The notes: generated from the letters alone by a model not told the origin. DNA of 64,000 nucleotides from Spirochaetota bacterium (GCA_963664815.2 CAXXHB010000003.1:2848001-2912000), one strand, 5' to 3'; shown: positions 9,649 to 20,798, numbered from the stretch's first letter. Numbers and translations are program-made.

Positions 9649-11637
9649 TCACACTCTCATCGGAAGTATAATAAAGGGAAGCCCCTGCCTGTAAAATTTT
9701 CTCTGCAAAGCAAAAGCGGAATAGTTATGGAGAAACCTTGTAATCAGCGTATCTTCGGGGAAAACCAGCTGTCCTGCAAAGAATATCGCCCCCGGATGTT
9801 TTTTTATTACATTTTGAGCTGCTTCAAAAGATGTATCTACAATTTCAACTCCAAGGGAAAATTCATACTCGGCGTAATATCCATGTTTAGCCATAAAGTC
9901 AATATAACGGTTAAGTTCGGATTCAGTGTGTTTCTTAAGCTCTTCAATCTCATGTTCACCCTTGAAAGAACCCGAATCAACAACTCCGATCTGTATAAAA
10001 ACAAAATTTTTAAATCTCCCCCTGAACATCCTGATTATTGCGAAAAGGCTATGCAGTCCCATTCCTGTAAATCCGTTTACAAAAAGCACAGCAGTGTCAC
10101 CATCAGTTTTATAAACAGGCCTTTTTATATTTTTTTTCTTTCCTGCCTGATTTTCTATATTTTCAATTTCCAGCAGCGTGTCAAATTTTGAAAGAAGTTT
10201 ACCGGTTTTCCTGTAATGATTTTTAATCATAACTGAAACTGCGACAAGGGAACCTGTTATTATAATTGTAAACCATCCCCCTTCGTTGAATTTGAGGACT
10301 ACTACCGAGACAAGTATAAAACTTGTAAGTACTAGACCAATCGCATTAATAAGCATTCTGTGTTTCCATTTATCTTCAGAATGCCTGACCTGCCACCAGT
10401 GGCGGACCATCCCGAGCTGTGACAAAGTAAATGTTACAAAGACATTGATGCTGTAAAGAACCACAAGAAATCTTACAGAACCATGAGAATATAACATAAG
10501 AGCGAATGCCGACACCCCCATTATAAGCACTCCGTTCTGAGTAACAAGCCTGTCATTTAAGGTCGCAAATCTGGTTGGAGCCCATTTGTCAAGCGCCATA
10601 TTTGAAAGAATCCTCGGACCGTCCAGAAAACCGGTCTGAGCAGCTACAAAGAGCAGCAAGGCCTCCGAGACCAGAGTTATCAGAAGAAAAACATGTCCGT
10701 ATCCACCCCAGCCATCTGTCATTTTATAAAACAAAACTGCATTCAAGGTCTTACCGGGTACATGCTCAACGTTAAAGAGCAAATATGACACAATCAATCC
10801 AAATACCATAAAGGCAAGAGAGTATGACATATAACGCATAGTATGTCTGGCTGTGACCAGCTTAGGTTCGCGAAGAATAGGTATACCATTACTTACAGCT
10901 TCTATCCCGGTAAATGTACCGGCACCCATACTATATGCCTTGAGAATCAGCAGTATCATTCCCACTTTCCCGAGTTCAAGTGATGTTGCAGCAACATCCG
11001 CAGAGGTGGCATTTATAAGTGCCGGAATTCCGGTCAAGTTCATTGTGAATGCATAAATTATTACAATTGCATGAGTAAAAATGAATATTAAAAATACCGG
11101 AACCAGTGGAAGAACTGATTCCTTTACTCCCCGCATATTTAACCATGTAAGAACCAACAGCGCTGTCACTGCAACAGGCATTTTTAAATGAAGAACATCA
11201 GGGGGGAAAAAGCTGAAAAGCGCATCAGCACCGCTTGCAATTGATAGTGTTATAGTCAGTACATAGTCAATAAGCAGCGCACTTCCCGATATCATTCCAA
11301 CAGTAGGAGAAAGAAGCTTGCTCGCAACGAGATAACCGCCACCGCCAGACGGGAATAACTCTATAATCTGGGAATAACTAGCTGCTATAATAAAAATTGT
11401 AATTACTGTACCAAGCGCAACAAAGACAGCAAGGGGCGTATGACGGCCAAGAGTAAGAAATGCCTCTTCCGGGCCGTAACATGATGAAGTAAGGCCGTCG
11501 GAACCAAGACCAACCCACGCGAAGAATGCGACAAGAGACATTGTATGAAAAATATTCGGATCCGAAATATTTCTCGCATCCCCCATAAAAATACGTTTTA
11601 CCCTCAGAAAGATGGTAACTTTTTCTTTATCCGACAT
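9649..11637 (-). CDS. kimA: KimA/YdaO-type APC-family K+/H+ symporter
   Basis: SDGLTSSCYGPEE, PSGGGGY, DYVLT and TGIEAVSNG motifs; about 12 TM helices plus a cytoplasmic C-terminal domain; c-di-AMP riboswitch upstream. Confidence 0.8.
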   Translation of the reverse strand: MSDKEKVTIFLRVKRIFMGDARNISDPNIFHTMSLVAFFAWVGLGSDGLTSSCYGPEEAFLTLGRHTPLAVFVALGTVITIFIIAASYSQIIELFPSGGGGYLVASKLLSPTVGMISGSALLIDYVLTITLSIASGADALFSFFPPDVLHLKMPVAVTALLVLTWLNMRGVKESVLPLVPVFLIFIFTHAIVIIYAFTMNLTGIPALINATSADVAATSLELGKVGMILLILKAYSMGAGTFTGIEAVSNGIPILREPKLVTARHTMRYMSYSLAFMVFGLIVSYLLFNVEHVPGKTLNAVLFYKMTDGWGGYGHVFLLITLVSEALLLFVAAQTGFLDGPRILSNMALDKWAPTRFATLNDRLVTQNGVLIMGVSAFALMLYSHGSVRFLVVLYSINVFVTFTLSQLGMVRHWWQVRHSEDKWKHRMLINAIGLVLTSFILVSVVVLKFNEGGWFTIIITGSLVAVSVMIKNHYRKTGKLLSKFDTLLEIENIENQAGKKKNIKRPVYKTDGDTAVLFVNGFTGMGLHSLFAIIRMFRGRFKNFVFIQIGVVDSGSFKGEHEIEELKKHTESELNRYIDFMAKHGYYAEYEFSLGVEIVDTSFEAAQNVIKKHPGAIFFAGQLVFPEDTLITRFLHNYSAFALQRKFYRQGLPFIILPMRV

Positions 11638-11669
11638 TTTTTCATTCTCCCCGTAAAGGACAAGGGAAT

Positions 11670-11690
11670 AAAAAAACTGCAGTAGCAGTT
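11670..11690 (-). terminator. Intrinsic terminator of the riboswitch expression platform
   Basis: Minus strand AACTGC-TACT-GCAGTT followed by a U-tract, between the aptamer and the kimA start. Confidence 0.6.
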
Positions 11691-11704
11691 AAATTTTGAA
11701 CTCC

Positions 11705-11829
11705 TGCCCTTCCATCTGCCTACGAGGTTAGCTGACGGGCTCGGGTCTGGAAGTACCCTATTCTAAAAAGAAATGCGCCCCTGAAAACCGGTTCCCCCGC
11801 ATCCATACCATGTATGAATCTCAGCGATA
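11705..11829 (-). ncRNA. c-di-AMP (ydaO/yuaA) riboswitch
   Basis: Minus strand has CGCTGA...GCGGGGGAACC...GGGGCGCAT...TAGGG...ACCCGAGCCCGTCAGCTAACCTCGTAGGC, the conserved ydaO/yuaA core, in the 5' UTR of a KimA homologue. Confidence 0.93.
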
Positions 11830-12077
11830 ATATAATATATATTTAATTTAAATACCAGTTTCCGGTCAAGCTTTTTGATTTAAAACTCCTTTATATGATG
11901 TTAGGATTTCGTGAATATTTTATCCGGACATAAATATTCTTAATTTAATATTTTCATAAACCATCCCATCGCTTTGATTTTTTACGCATCTCATTTCCAG
12001 CACTAAATATTATTTATTATGATATTTTGTTGACTTGATAACTACTGTATTGGAAAAATAAAGAAGCAGGGATAAAC

Positions 12078-12770
12078 ATGTATAATCTGGAAAAATATCT
12101 GACACCAGCTGACATCATTGACAGCGACAATGACACTGTTATTGATTATATGACAAGAATAATAGGCAGTGAAAAGCTTTCCTACACTGAAAAAGCAATT
12201 AAACTCTACCTTCGAGTTAGAGATGATATAAGATACAATCCATATCTTCCGTTCTATAAACCTGAACATTACAGATCAAGCAATGTGATAAAATCCGGTG
12301 AAGGATTCTGCATAGGGAAAGCAGGACTTCTCTGTGCTGTTGCAAGAGCCGCCGGCATCCCTTCAAGAGTTGGATTTGCAACAGTCAGAAATCATCTCTC
12401 AACAAAGCAGCTTCACGATTACATGGGATCTGACACTATTTCCTGGCATGGCTATACGGAATTATGGCTTAACGAAAAATGGGTGAAGGCTACTCCGGCT
12501 TTTAACAAAGAACTTTGCATCCTTCATAAAGTACTTCCGCTTGAATTTGACGGAACACATGATTCAATATTCCAGGAGTATAATTCCGATCAGGCCCGTT
12601 TCATGGAATATGTTGCATATCATGGCGAATTCTTTGACATACCTGTTAACCTTATTTTAAAATCCTGGGAGGAGTCTTACGGCAAACAACGCGTCGATGG
12701 CTGGAAGGTCACCATTGAGAAAAAGGATAAACACGGCGGTCTCGATTTTATGAAGGAAGATATAATCTGA
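12078..12770 (+). CDS. Transglutaminase-like domain protein
   Basis: VRDDIRYNPY, GFCIGKA (Cys), ARAAGIPSR, WHGYTE (His) and WVKATP. Confidence 0.88.
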   Translation: MYNLEKYLTPADIIDSDNDTVIDYMTRIIGSEKLSYTEKAIKLYLRVRDDIRYNPYLPFYKPEHYRSSNVIKSGEGFCIGKAGLLCAVARAAGIPSRVGFATVRNHLSTKQLHDYMGSDTISWHGYTELWLNEKWVKATPAFNKELCILHKVLPLEFDGTHDSIFQEYNSDQARFMEYVAYHGEFFDIPVNLILKSWEESYGKQRVDGWKVTIEKKDKHGGLDFMKEDII

Positions 12771-13652
12771 ATGTTTACAAACTCCAGGAAAAGCTGCCCG
12801 CTTTGTAAAAGTAATAACATAAAACATAAATATCATATAAACAGGTATAAACATGAGTTTGATATTGATGAGTGTAATAAATGTGGATTCATGTTTATTA
12901 ATCCCCTCTTCACAGATAATGTTATTGAAGATTTTTACTCAGAAGATTATTTCAAAGGAAAAGCAGATTACTCATACATTGATGAACGTGAAATAAAAAA
13001 ATACTCGCAGTATGTCTGGAGTAAACGTGTAAATGAAATACGTAAATATGTAATGGACGGAAATTTTTTAGATGTTGGATGTTCATTCGGAGGGCTCCTT
13101 GAATCTGCTGCAAAATACTATACACCCTTTGGAATTGAACTTGCAGATTATGCATTTTCTCATGCAAAGGATCTGTTCGGGGATAATATTCATCACGGCA
13201 CACTGAACAATCACACATTCAGTAATAATTTTTTTTCAGCGATAACCATGATAGAACTTATAGAACATCTGTCTGATCCGGTTTTTGCCATTAACGAATG
13301 TTTTAAGCTTCTAAAATCCGGAGGAGTTCTTGTTGTACAGACTGCAAACATGAATGGAAAGCAGGCAATTGACCTGGGTAAAAATTATGAATACTTTATG
13401 CCTGGTCATCTTTCATACTTTACAGCAGAAAATCTCTCTTCGCTTTTAAAAACGTCCGGCTTCACAAAAATAAAGATTTATTACCCTGTAGAATTCGGAC
13501 TGTTGCCTAAGCTTTTAAAATCGCGCGGAAGTTTCCGAAACCTCTCAGATTACAAAGCTTGGTTAAGGATTTCATCATACCATTTAAAAAGCAAAATTCA
13601 TTTTAAAAATTTTGCCATGACCAGTTCAATGGTCATTTATGCGGTAAAATAA
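12771..13652 (+). CDS. Class I SAM-dependent methyltransferase with N-terminal zinc ribbon
   Basis: CPLC...CNKCG, FLDVGCSFG, LIEHLSDP, LKSGGVL and PGHLSYF. Confidence 0.88.
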   Translation: MFTNSRKSCPLCKSNNIKHKYHINRYKHEFDIDECNKCGFMFINPLFTDNVIEDFYSEDYFKGKADYSYIDEREIKKYSQYVWSKRVNEIRKYVMDGNFLDVGCSFGGLLESAAKYYTPFGIELADYAFSHAKDLFGDNIHHGTLNNHTFSNNFFSAITMIELIEHLSDPVFAINECFKLLKSGGVLVVQTANMNGKQAIDLGKNYEYFMPGHLSYFTAENLSSLLKTSGFTKIKIYYPVEFGLLPKLLKSRGSFRNLSDYKAWLRISSYHLKSKIHFKNFAMTSSMVIYAVK

Positions 13653-13700
13653 TTACAGGTTATGATTGAAAAGTATATAATTCTTTTAAATTTTTCAATA

Positions 13701-14168
13701 TCATTCACACATTGAAGCCTGTATTTCATACTCATCAAGATAGTTGCACAACTCACGGAATTTTTCTATCTCTTTAATACTGTTCAGATATCTTAAATCC
13801 AGTATATATCCTGATGCTTTATGTTTCAGAAATTCAGCATCCCATAAATCCGTTGCAATAAATCCATTACTGTAATGATACCTGAATGGCTCAAATGATG
13901 ACAGATGAGAGCGAAAGTAATTTACCTTGGCAAAACATATCTCATTTATCCTGAAAAGCAGACCTATTATATCGCTTTTTTCCATGAATCCGTGCCTGCA
14001 GATTTTTCTGGGGAAGGAATTTTCCTTCACTGTTACCCAAAGCATATTATCAGTCAGGAATAACGAATGTTTTTCAATAAACTTTCTTTTTTCTTCTGTA
14101 AGCAATGAGGTTATCTCCACTCTCCTGCTGTTTTCTTTAAACGCACCGGTTTCGTTCATAAATTGCAT
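13701..14168 (-). CDS. Hypothetical protein
   Basis: 155-aa ORF with plausible composition; no motif recognised. Confidence 0.6.
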   Translation of the reverse strand: MQFMNETGAFKENSRRVEITSLLTEEKRKFIEKHSLFLTDNMLWVTVKENSFPRKICRHGFMEKSDIIGLLFRINEICFAKVNYFRSHLSSFEPFRYHYSNGFIATDLWDAEFLKHKASGYILDLRYLNSIKEIEKFRELCNYLDEYEIQASMCE

Positions 14169-14708
14169 TACCCATTCTTTTTTTTCATTTTTTCTTTATG
14201 TTTTTCAGGCATATTATGTGAATTTATTCATCTGAAAAGGTTCCGGATATTCCCAGTAAATCTGAAATTACGGGTTTTCCTGTTCTTTTCTTTCAGGCTC
14301 TATCCGATCAAACCTTCAGCGACCCTGTTCATAATTTACACCTAACAGTCCAGATCGGAATTATCTATTATTAAAATACAACGGCGTTCTCCTGATAAAC
14401 ATAAAAAATCAATTATTTATTTTAACAAACAACCGCACTTCTCATGCCTCAACTTGAATTCAAAGTATAATAACAAATTATAACTGCAAAAGATTGCATT
14501 TTAATATAAAAATAAATATCTCAGACCATCTGCATCATGGTTTTATAAATCCGGTAAATTCTCATTCAATAAAAATTAAAGAAGTAATCACTTCTGATTT
14601 TTTTAATAATATTAAAAATAATTAGTGAAATATATTCCAGATTTTAGTATTAATTTATTGTTTTTTCATTAACTCTTTATAATTAAAAAATGTTTTCGTG
14701 GAGTCAAA

Positions 14709-15653
14709 ATGTTTACCAGAAAAATATTCCTGAAAAAAGTAAAATGCTTTATTAAAAACACATTTTTCACATTTACTGTTTTCCCATTATTAGCTGAATA
14801 TCTTGAGGCCGCTGAAGATAAATCCGCCTTTGACCTCGTTGCGCTCAAAGGCGGGAAAGGGCCTGATGAGCTTTTCAGAAAAGGTATAACATATCTCGGT
14901 GGTATGGGCCGATTTGTTAAAAAAGGACAGAGTGTTCTGATTAAACCAAATATCGGATGGGACAGAACTCCGGAATATGGGGCGAACACTGATCCGGTTT
15001 TAATAGGAGCAATAATCAGAGAATGCTTCAACTCCGGTGCATCTGAGGTCTACGTGCTGGATCATACATGTGACTCATGGCAGAGCTGCTACAAAAACAG
15101 TGGGATAGAAGAATACGCAAAGAATTCCGGAGCTAAGACCGTACCTGCTAATTCAAAAGAATACTATATCAAAACCAATATTCCTCGCGGAAAAATACTT
15201 AAAGAAGCCCTTGTCCATAAACTTTTTATGCAGTGTGATGTTGTGATAAACGTACCGATTCTCAAACATCATTCATCCACTGGTATAACAGCTTCAATGA
15301 AAAATCTTATGGGAGTAGTATGGGACAGATACGAATGGCACAGGAAAGATCTGCATCAATGTATTGCCGACTTTGCCACTCTGCGACGTCCTGATCTTTG
15401 TGTTCTTGACGGATGGAAAGTCATGATTAAAAACGGGCCCAGAGGATACAGTGTTTCTGATACAGTAAAGTACGAGTACCTTTTCCTCTCAACTGATCCT
15501 GTTGCTATTGACGCTGCTGGAGCTGCGGTTCTCGCGAAAGCAGGTGTGTTTACCGGCAAAGCCGAAGATATACGCTACATCAAAATAGCCAGAGAACATG
15601 GTGTCGGAAGAACCGACCTGGATAAAATGAATATAAAGAGGATAACTTTTTGA
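14709..15653 (+). CDS. DUF362 domain protein with a degenerate Tat-like signal
   Basis: VLIKPNIGWD, ANTDP, INVPILKHH, SMKNLMG and DPVAIDA; N-terminal TRKIFLKK. Confidence 0.88.
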   Translation: MFTRKIFLKKVKCFIKNTFFTFTVFPLLAEYLEAAEDKSAFDLVALKGGKGPDELFRKGITYLGGMGRFVKKGQSVLIKPNIGWDRTPEYGANTDPVLIGAIIRECFNSGASEVYVLDHTCDSWQSCYKNSGIEEYAKNSGAKTVPANSKEYYIKTNIPRGKILKEALVHKLFMQCDVVINVPILKHHSSTGITASMKNLMGVVWDRYEWHRKDLHQCIADFATLRRPDLCVLDGWKVMIKNGPRGYSVSDTVKYEYLFLSTDPVAIDAAGAAVLAKAGVFTGKAEDIRYIKIAREHGVGRTDLDKMNIKRITF

Positions 15654-17254
15654 AATTTTATTCCTTTTTAAAACCGGCACGTGTTTTGTCTGCTGTTTTT
15701 GTAATAATTCCGGTCAGCCTTATCTTCTTTGATATTTACGGTTTCATCCCGGCTTCTACTGCCCGATATATAGCTCTGACTCAATTTATTCCATCATTGC
15801 TTAATTTCATCCATTCTCCAGCTATACCCTTTTCACTATTTGTTATTATTATCCTGCTTACACTTTCATCAGGAAGAAGCTACTGCTCGATTCTCTGCCC
15901 GCTTGGTATATTCCAGGACACGATATCACGCATAGCACATCTTCTTGGCATAAAAAAAGTCTACCGGTACTCTCCCCCACATAATCTGGTCCGATATTCA
16001 GTACTTTTAATAGCTACAGCCACATTTTCAGCAGGAGGTACAGTTTTGCTGGTATGGCTTGATCCATTTTCGATATACGGGAGGTTTTCTTCATTCATAG
16101 TCTACCCTGTTGTAACATGGATTAACAACTTCGCAAGTTCATTACTGGCAGATTTCAACATCTATTTCACTCATTCTGTTGATATTAAGTACGCAAGTAT
16201 CTGCATTATCCTTATCATTACAGTAATTATCACATTTATACTTTTATCCGCCATGTTCAAAGGCAGACTTTACTGCAACACGGTATGTCCGGTTGGCACA
16301 TTACTCGGATTGATATCAACCGTTTCTTTTTTTAAACTTGATATTGATAAAGAGTCATGTATAAAATGCGGTAAATGTGAAAAAACATGCAAAAGCGGAT
16401 GTATCGGGTATAATGACGGACATATCGATTTTTCAAGATGCGTTTTATGCTTCAATTGCATCGGTATCTGTCCAGAAAGAAGTATACGCTTCAGGTTTTC
16501 ATACTTAAAAAAGCAAAACGAAGATAAAAAAACTACCGGCGGGGAGAATATAGTCTCATTCAGTGACAGTACAAAAATTGCCAGGAGATCATTCCTCGCA
16601 GGCATAATCCTTGTGCCCTCACTTCTTCCAGCAGACCCGTCAGACAGGAAGCAGCGGTTATATATCCAGGACAGGTCAAAGCAAAAGGAATATAAAAAGA
16701 GAATTTTCGCATCGCCACCCGGTTCAACAAGCATTGAAACATTCAACATAAGATGCACAGCATGTTCATTATGCATTTCCAGATGTCCGTCGTCTGTACT
16801 CCAGCCTTCAGTGATGCAATATGGAATTCATGGAATTATGCAGCCTTTCCTCGATTTTGATGCAGGATATTGCAACTATGACTGCATAGTATGCGGTGAA
16901 GCATGTCCTTCAGGAGCAATTTCCAGAATAAATATTTCCGATAAGCATATTATTAAAACAGGAAAATCTCATTTTATTAAAGAGAATTGTATTACATATA
17001 CTAATGGAACCGCATGCGGTGCATGTTCGGAGCATTGCCCCACTAAAGCGATAAAAATGATTCCATTTAAAAACAGACTTTTAATCCCGGAGATTAACCA
17101 GTCTATATGCATAGGATGCGGAGCATGTGAACACGTTTGTCCCGTGAGACCTTTCAGGGCAATGTATGTTGAAGGGTCTGTAAGACATGAGAAAGCTGAA
17201 CTGCCCAAAAAAGAGGAAAATGTAATCATTAAAAAAGAAAATTTCCCATTTTAA
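15650..17254 (+). CDS. Membrane-bound polyferredoxin (NapH/MauN-like fused to a NapG-like 4Fe-4S region)
   Basis: GRSYCSILCPLG and GRLYCNTVCPVG, several CxxCxxCxxxCP motifs, TM helices, internal ARRSFLAG; coupled to the DUF362 gene. Confidence 0.88.
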   Translation: MKFYSFLKPARVLSAVFVIIPVSLIFFDIYGFIPASTARYIALTQFIPSLLNFIHSPAIPFSLFVIIILLTLSSGRSYCSILCPLGIFQDTISRIAHLLGIKKVYRYSPPHNLVRYSVLLIATATFSAGGTVLLVWLDPFSIYGRFSSFIVYPVVTWINNFASSLLADFNIYFTHSVDIKYASICIILIITVIITFILLSAMFKGRLYCNTVCPVGTLLGLISTVSFFKLDIDKESCIKCGKCEKTCKSGCIGYNDGHIDFSRCVLCFNCIGICPERSIRFRFSYLKKQNEDKKTTGGENIVSFSDSTKIARRSFLAGIILVPSLLPADPSDRKQRLYIQDRSKQKEYKKRIFASPPGSTSIETFNIRCTACSLCISRCPSSVLQPSVMQYGIHGIMQPFLDFDAGYCNYDCIVCGEACPSGAISRINISDKHIIKTGKSHFIKENCITYTNGTACGACSEHCPTKAIKMIPFKNRLLIPEINQSICIGCGACEHVCPVRPFRAMYVEGSVRHEKAELPKKEENVIIKKENFPF

Positions 17255-17674
17255 CATTCTTCTGACAAATTATATATAGTATTCAGCTAGATGAAAGTAC
17301 ATTGTCATCATATAAACGAACAAATAATAACTTTAAAATGAACCCTTTTTGAAAAAAAGAATTCATTTCCCATTAAGCAAACAAAAATCTCCTTTTTTAC
17401 TTGATTAATATAACATCCAATCCAGAATACACTTTATAAAATCAGCTTTAACTCTTCCATTGGTCATTATATCTGATAAATTGGCAAAGGGTTTAAAATA
17501 TTTATGTTGAGCTTATCAAAATGAAAAATATAAACTGAATCCGTAATTATTTGAGATTCAACTGAATAAATATAATAACAGATATTAAATAGCAAAATGC
17601 TATAGTTAAGTCTTTTATGTTCTTATGACAACTTTCAAACATCATCAGATCCAGATAGAGGAGATAAAAAACAG

Positions 17675-18307
17675 ATGAGCGAAAGAGTAACGCTAAAAAC
17701 TCTTAAAAATAACGAGAGAGAAGCAAGGAAGAATCTCATCATTGATGCCGCGGAAAAAGTTTTTGCGACAAAACCTGTCGATAAGGCAACAATGAGGGAG
17801 ATTGCCGATGAAGCCGGTATGGCTACTTCTTCGATATACCGTTTCTTCCCTAACCAGGAGGCCATACTTATTGCGGCAGCCGTGAGGTCCCAGGGATTAT
17901 TTAATGAGGCACTGGACAAATTCTTTGATGAAAACGATCCGGAAAAAAGCCTGAAGAAAGTCCTTGATATATATATCGATTTCATTGCAGAAAACGATAC
18001 ATACTTCCGTATGATGACAATTTTAATGTCACAGGGAAATCTTAACATGGAATCCAGTAAATCACTTGTAGATGTAATGAATGAAACACTTATAAGGCTG
18101 GATCGGATTTTTAAACTGATGAAATTTACCGATAATCCACGAACACTTTCAAGATATATTTATGCATCAATGATCGGGATTTCTGTCTCATACAACAAGC
18201 TTCCGGGGATAAATCCCGAAAGCCGTACCAAGCATATGAAATCACTTTCAGAAATTCTCTATGCCATGATATATAATTATCCCAGAGATTCAAAACTACC
18301 TGTCTGA
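17675..18307 (+). CDS. TetR/AcrR family transcriptional regulator
   Basis: IIDAAEKVF...TMREIADEAGMATSSIYRFFPN HTH. Confidence 0.92.
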   Translation: MSERVTLKTLKNNEREARKNLIIDAAEKVFATKPVDKATMREIADEAGMATSSIYRFFPNQEAILIAAAVRSQGLFNEALDKFFDENDPEKSLKKVLDIYIDFIAENDTYFRMMTILMSQGNLNMESSKSLVDVMNETLIRLDRIFKLMKFTDNPRTLSRYIYASMIGISVSYNKLPGINPESRTKHMKSLSEILYAMIYNYPRDSKLPV

Positions 18308-18430
18308 TGTAGTATTTCATGAAATGACAGATTAACAATAATAACTCCATGATACACAGAAAAAATAAATTACTGCCGTTAAACATTAATCATATATAAA
18401 ATCTGTTAGTTTTATCAATCCATGTTATTG

Positions 18431-19390
18431 TTAAAATCTGAATTCCATCCCTTCAAAAGCAAGATCAACCTCAAGGGTTTCCCCTACTTTTTTATTCACA
18501 TGCATATATGACTTTGCATTTGAAATGACGCTGTTAAGCTTTTCATCTCCATAATTTGGATCATGATGGAAAAGAACCAGTTTCCTTACGTTATACTTAG
18601 CGGCAATATCGATTGCTATTGATGCCGATGAATGTCCCCATGATATTTTATCAATTATAGATTCCTGAAAAGTATATTGGGCGTCAAATAACAGTATATC
18701 CGCATTACTGAAAAAATCTTCATAAACATGTATATCATCAATCTCATTGATACTGAATTCACAATCGCTTGTATAAACAAACACATTATCCCCGTCTTCA
18801 ATTCTGATCCCATATGCTCCGCCAGGATGAGGCATGCTCTTCACGTATATTTTGACATCATTTATATAAAAATTTTCATTTTGTTTAACAGTGAAAAATC
18901 TTTTCGATGCCTGCATTTTATCAAATGATATCGGGAAATGAGTATCAGGCTGCTGATACTCAATTCTTTCTTTCAAATCCGTGATTGGAGAATAAAAGTT
19001 TAATCTGTTCCCTTTTATATATCCTGGAGTAAAAAATGGAATTCCATGTATATGATCCCAATGTGTATGAGTTAGAAATATACTGGCAGAACCTCTTCCC
19101 TTCCCGAACTCTCCGGCCATCAGCTCTCTCCCCAGGTTTATCAAACCGGATCCACAGTCAATGATTATCAATTCTCCGGTAGACGTACTGACCTCTATAC
19201 AGGTTGTATTTCCTCCATACGTACCGCGAATTGAAAGCGGCAGGTTATGCACGAACTGTCTTACTGAGTCTTCAGAGGAAATATCACCCGGTCTGGCGAT
19301 TGTAAGAGCCTTAACAATCTTTTCTTCTATTGATTCTGAATTAAGCGGAGTCGGGTAAGACCCTCTTACTCCCCAGAGTTTAACCTTCAT
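18431..19390 (-). CDS. MBL-fold metallo-hydrolase (phosphodiesterase/RNase Z-like)
   Basis: LWGVRGS, YGGNTTC, THTHWDH, HPGG, DAQY, WGHSS and LFHHDP. Start placed at MKVKLWG. Confidence 0.9.
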   Translation of the reverse strand: MKVKLWGVRGSYPTPLNSESIEEKIVKALTIARPGDISSEDSVRQFVHNLPLSIRGTYGGNTTCIEVSTSTGELIIIDCGSGLINLGRELMAGEFGKGRGSASIFLTHTHWDHIHGIPFFTPGYIKGNRLNFYSPITDLKERIEYQQPDTHFPISFDKMQASKRFFTVKQNENFYINDVKIYVKSMPHPGGAYGIRIEDGDNVFVYTSDCEFSINEIDDIHVYEDFFSNADILLFDAQYTFQESIIDKISWGHSSASIAIDIAAKYNVRKLVLFHHDPNYGDEKLNSVISNAKSYMHVNKKVGETLEVDLAFEGMEFRF

Positions 19391-19586
19391 ATTTCTCTCT
19401 ATACACATTTTTATTATACATATTTAAAACATCTAAACCTGTCACCTGATAAATTTCAATAAAAAATCAGGTATGTAATAAAAAACTTGACAGTATATAA
19501 TTTTTTTATCTTTATCAGTCTGTTAATTACACTTGCAGATAATACTTTAAGTCAAAAAACAATTACACAGATATACGGATACACTA

Positions 19587-20798
19587 ATGAAATTTTCTGA
19601 CAGAATCCTCAAGGTTAAACCCTCACCCACCATCGCTGTTACATCAATGGCTAACCTTCTTAAATCACAGGGCGTAGATATAATAGGCTTCGGAGCCGGA
19701 GAACCGGATTTTGACACCCCGAAAAACATCAGGGATGCAGCTATACATGCAATCGAAACAGGCAAAACAAGATATACTCCTTCCGGAGGTATTCCCGAAC
19801 TGAAAAACGCAGTGGTAACAAAACTTAAACGGGATAATAAGCTCGAATATAAACCTTCGGAAGTAATAATCAACTGCGGCGGCAAACACTCATTCTATAA
19901 TCTGATGCAGGTACTTCTTAATGACGGTGATGAGGTGATAATACCCGCACCTTACTGGGTTTCCTACCCTGACATGGTTCTACTTGCCGGTGGTAAACCT
20001 GTAATAATAAACACAGAATCTGATGCAGGATTTAAAATAACTCCTCAGCAGTTGAAAACAAGCATCACTCCGAAAACAAGAGCAGTTGTAATCAACTCTC
20101 CATCAAACCCAACAGGCGCCGCTTATACGTTTGATGAGCTGAAGAATCTTGCTGATGTGATTGAAAAAACAGAGATAATACCTATATCCGACGATATTTA
20201 TGAAACAATAGTTTTTGACGGATTTAAGTTTTCCAATATAGCAAACGTTTCTGAATCAATGAAGAAAAGAGCAGTTGTAATTAACGGTTGTTCAAAAACT
20301 TATGCCATGACTGGATGGAGAATAGGTTACATGGCCGGCGATCAGGAACTTATCAGTAAGATAGACACTCTTCAGGGGCAATCTACATCAAATCCAACGA
20401 CCATATCCCAATGGGCAGCGATAGAAGCGTTAACCGGAGATCAAAGCGTGCTTGCGGAAATGATGGTTGCGTTCGACAGAAGAAGAAGATTTGTTGTCAA
20501 AGAACTGAACACGATGCCGGGGGTTACATGCTACAATCCCGAAGGGGCTTTTTATGCGTTCCCTGGCGTTTCCGGAGTTTATGAACTTAAGAACTGGAAT
20601 AAAATCGCGGAACAATACAAAGATCAGTATAAGTCTTCAACTCTCTGCGCGTATCTTATGGAAATAGCAAAAACCGCCGTGGTTCCGGGGATTGCATTCG
20701 GCAATGACAGGTATTTCAGGATGTCTTTCGCTACATCCGATGAAAACCTGAAAGAAGGCTTAAAAAGAATCAGAGAGGCTCTTGAGAAACTTGTATAA
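19587..20798 (+). CDS. aspC: Aspartate aminotransferase (PLP-dependent, class I)
   Basis: GAGEPDFDTP, NSPSNPTG, SDDIY and SKTYAMTGWRIG (PLP lysine). Confidence 0.9.
   Translation: MKFSDRILKVKPSPTIAVTSMANLLKSQGVDIIGFGAGEPDFDTPKNIRDAAIHAIETGKTRYTPSGGIPELKNAVVTKLKRDNKLEYKPSEVIINCGGKHSFYNLMQVLLNDGDEVIIPAPYWVSYPDMVLLAGGKPVIINTESDAGFKITPQQLKTSITPKTRAVVINSPSNPTGAAYTFDELKNLADVIEKTEIIPISDDIYETIVFDGFKFSNIANVSESMKKRAVVINGCSKTYAMTGWRIGYMAGDQELISKIDTLQGQSTSNPTTISQWAAIEALTGDQSVLAEMMVAFDRRRRFVVKELNTMPGVTCYNPEGAFYAFPGVSGVYELKNWNKIAEQYKDQYKSSTLCAYLMEIAKTAVVPGIAFGNDRYFRMSFATSDENLKEGLKRIREALEKLV

Noticed and set aside
14228-14333. Minus-strand ATG frame interrupted by TAG (possible pseudogene or readthrough)
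   Set aside because: Too short, with no recognisable homology.
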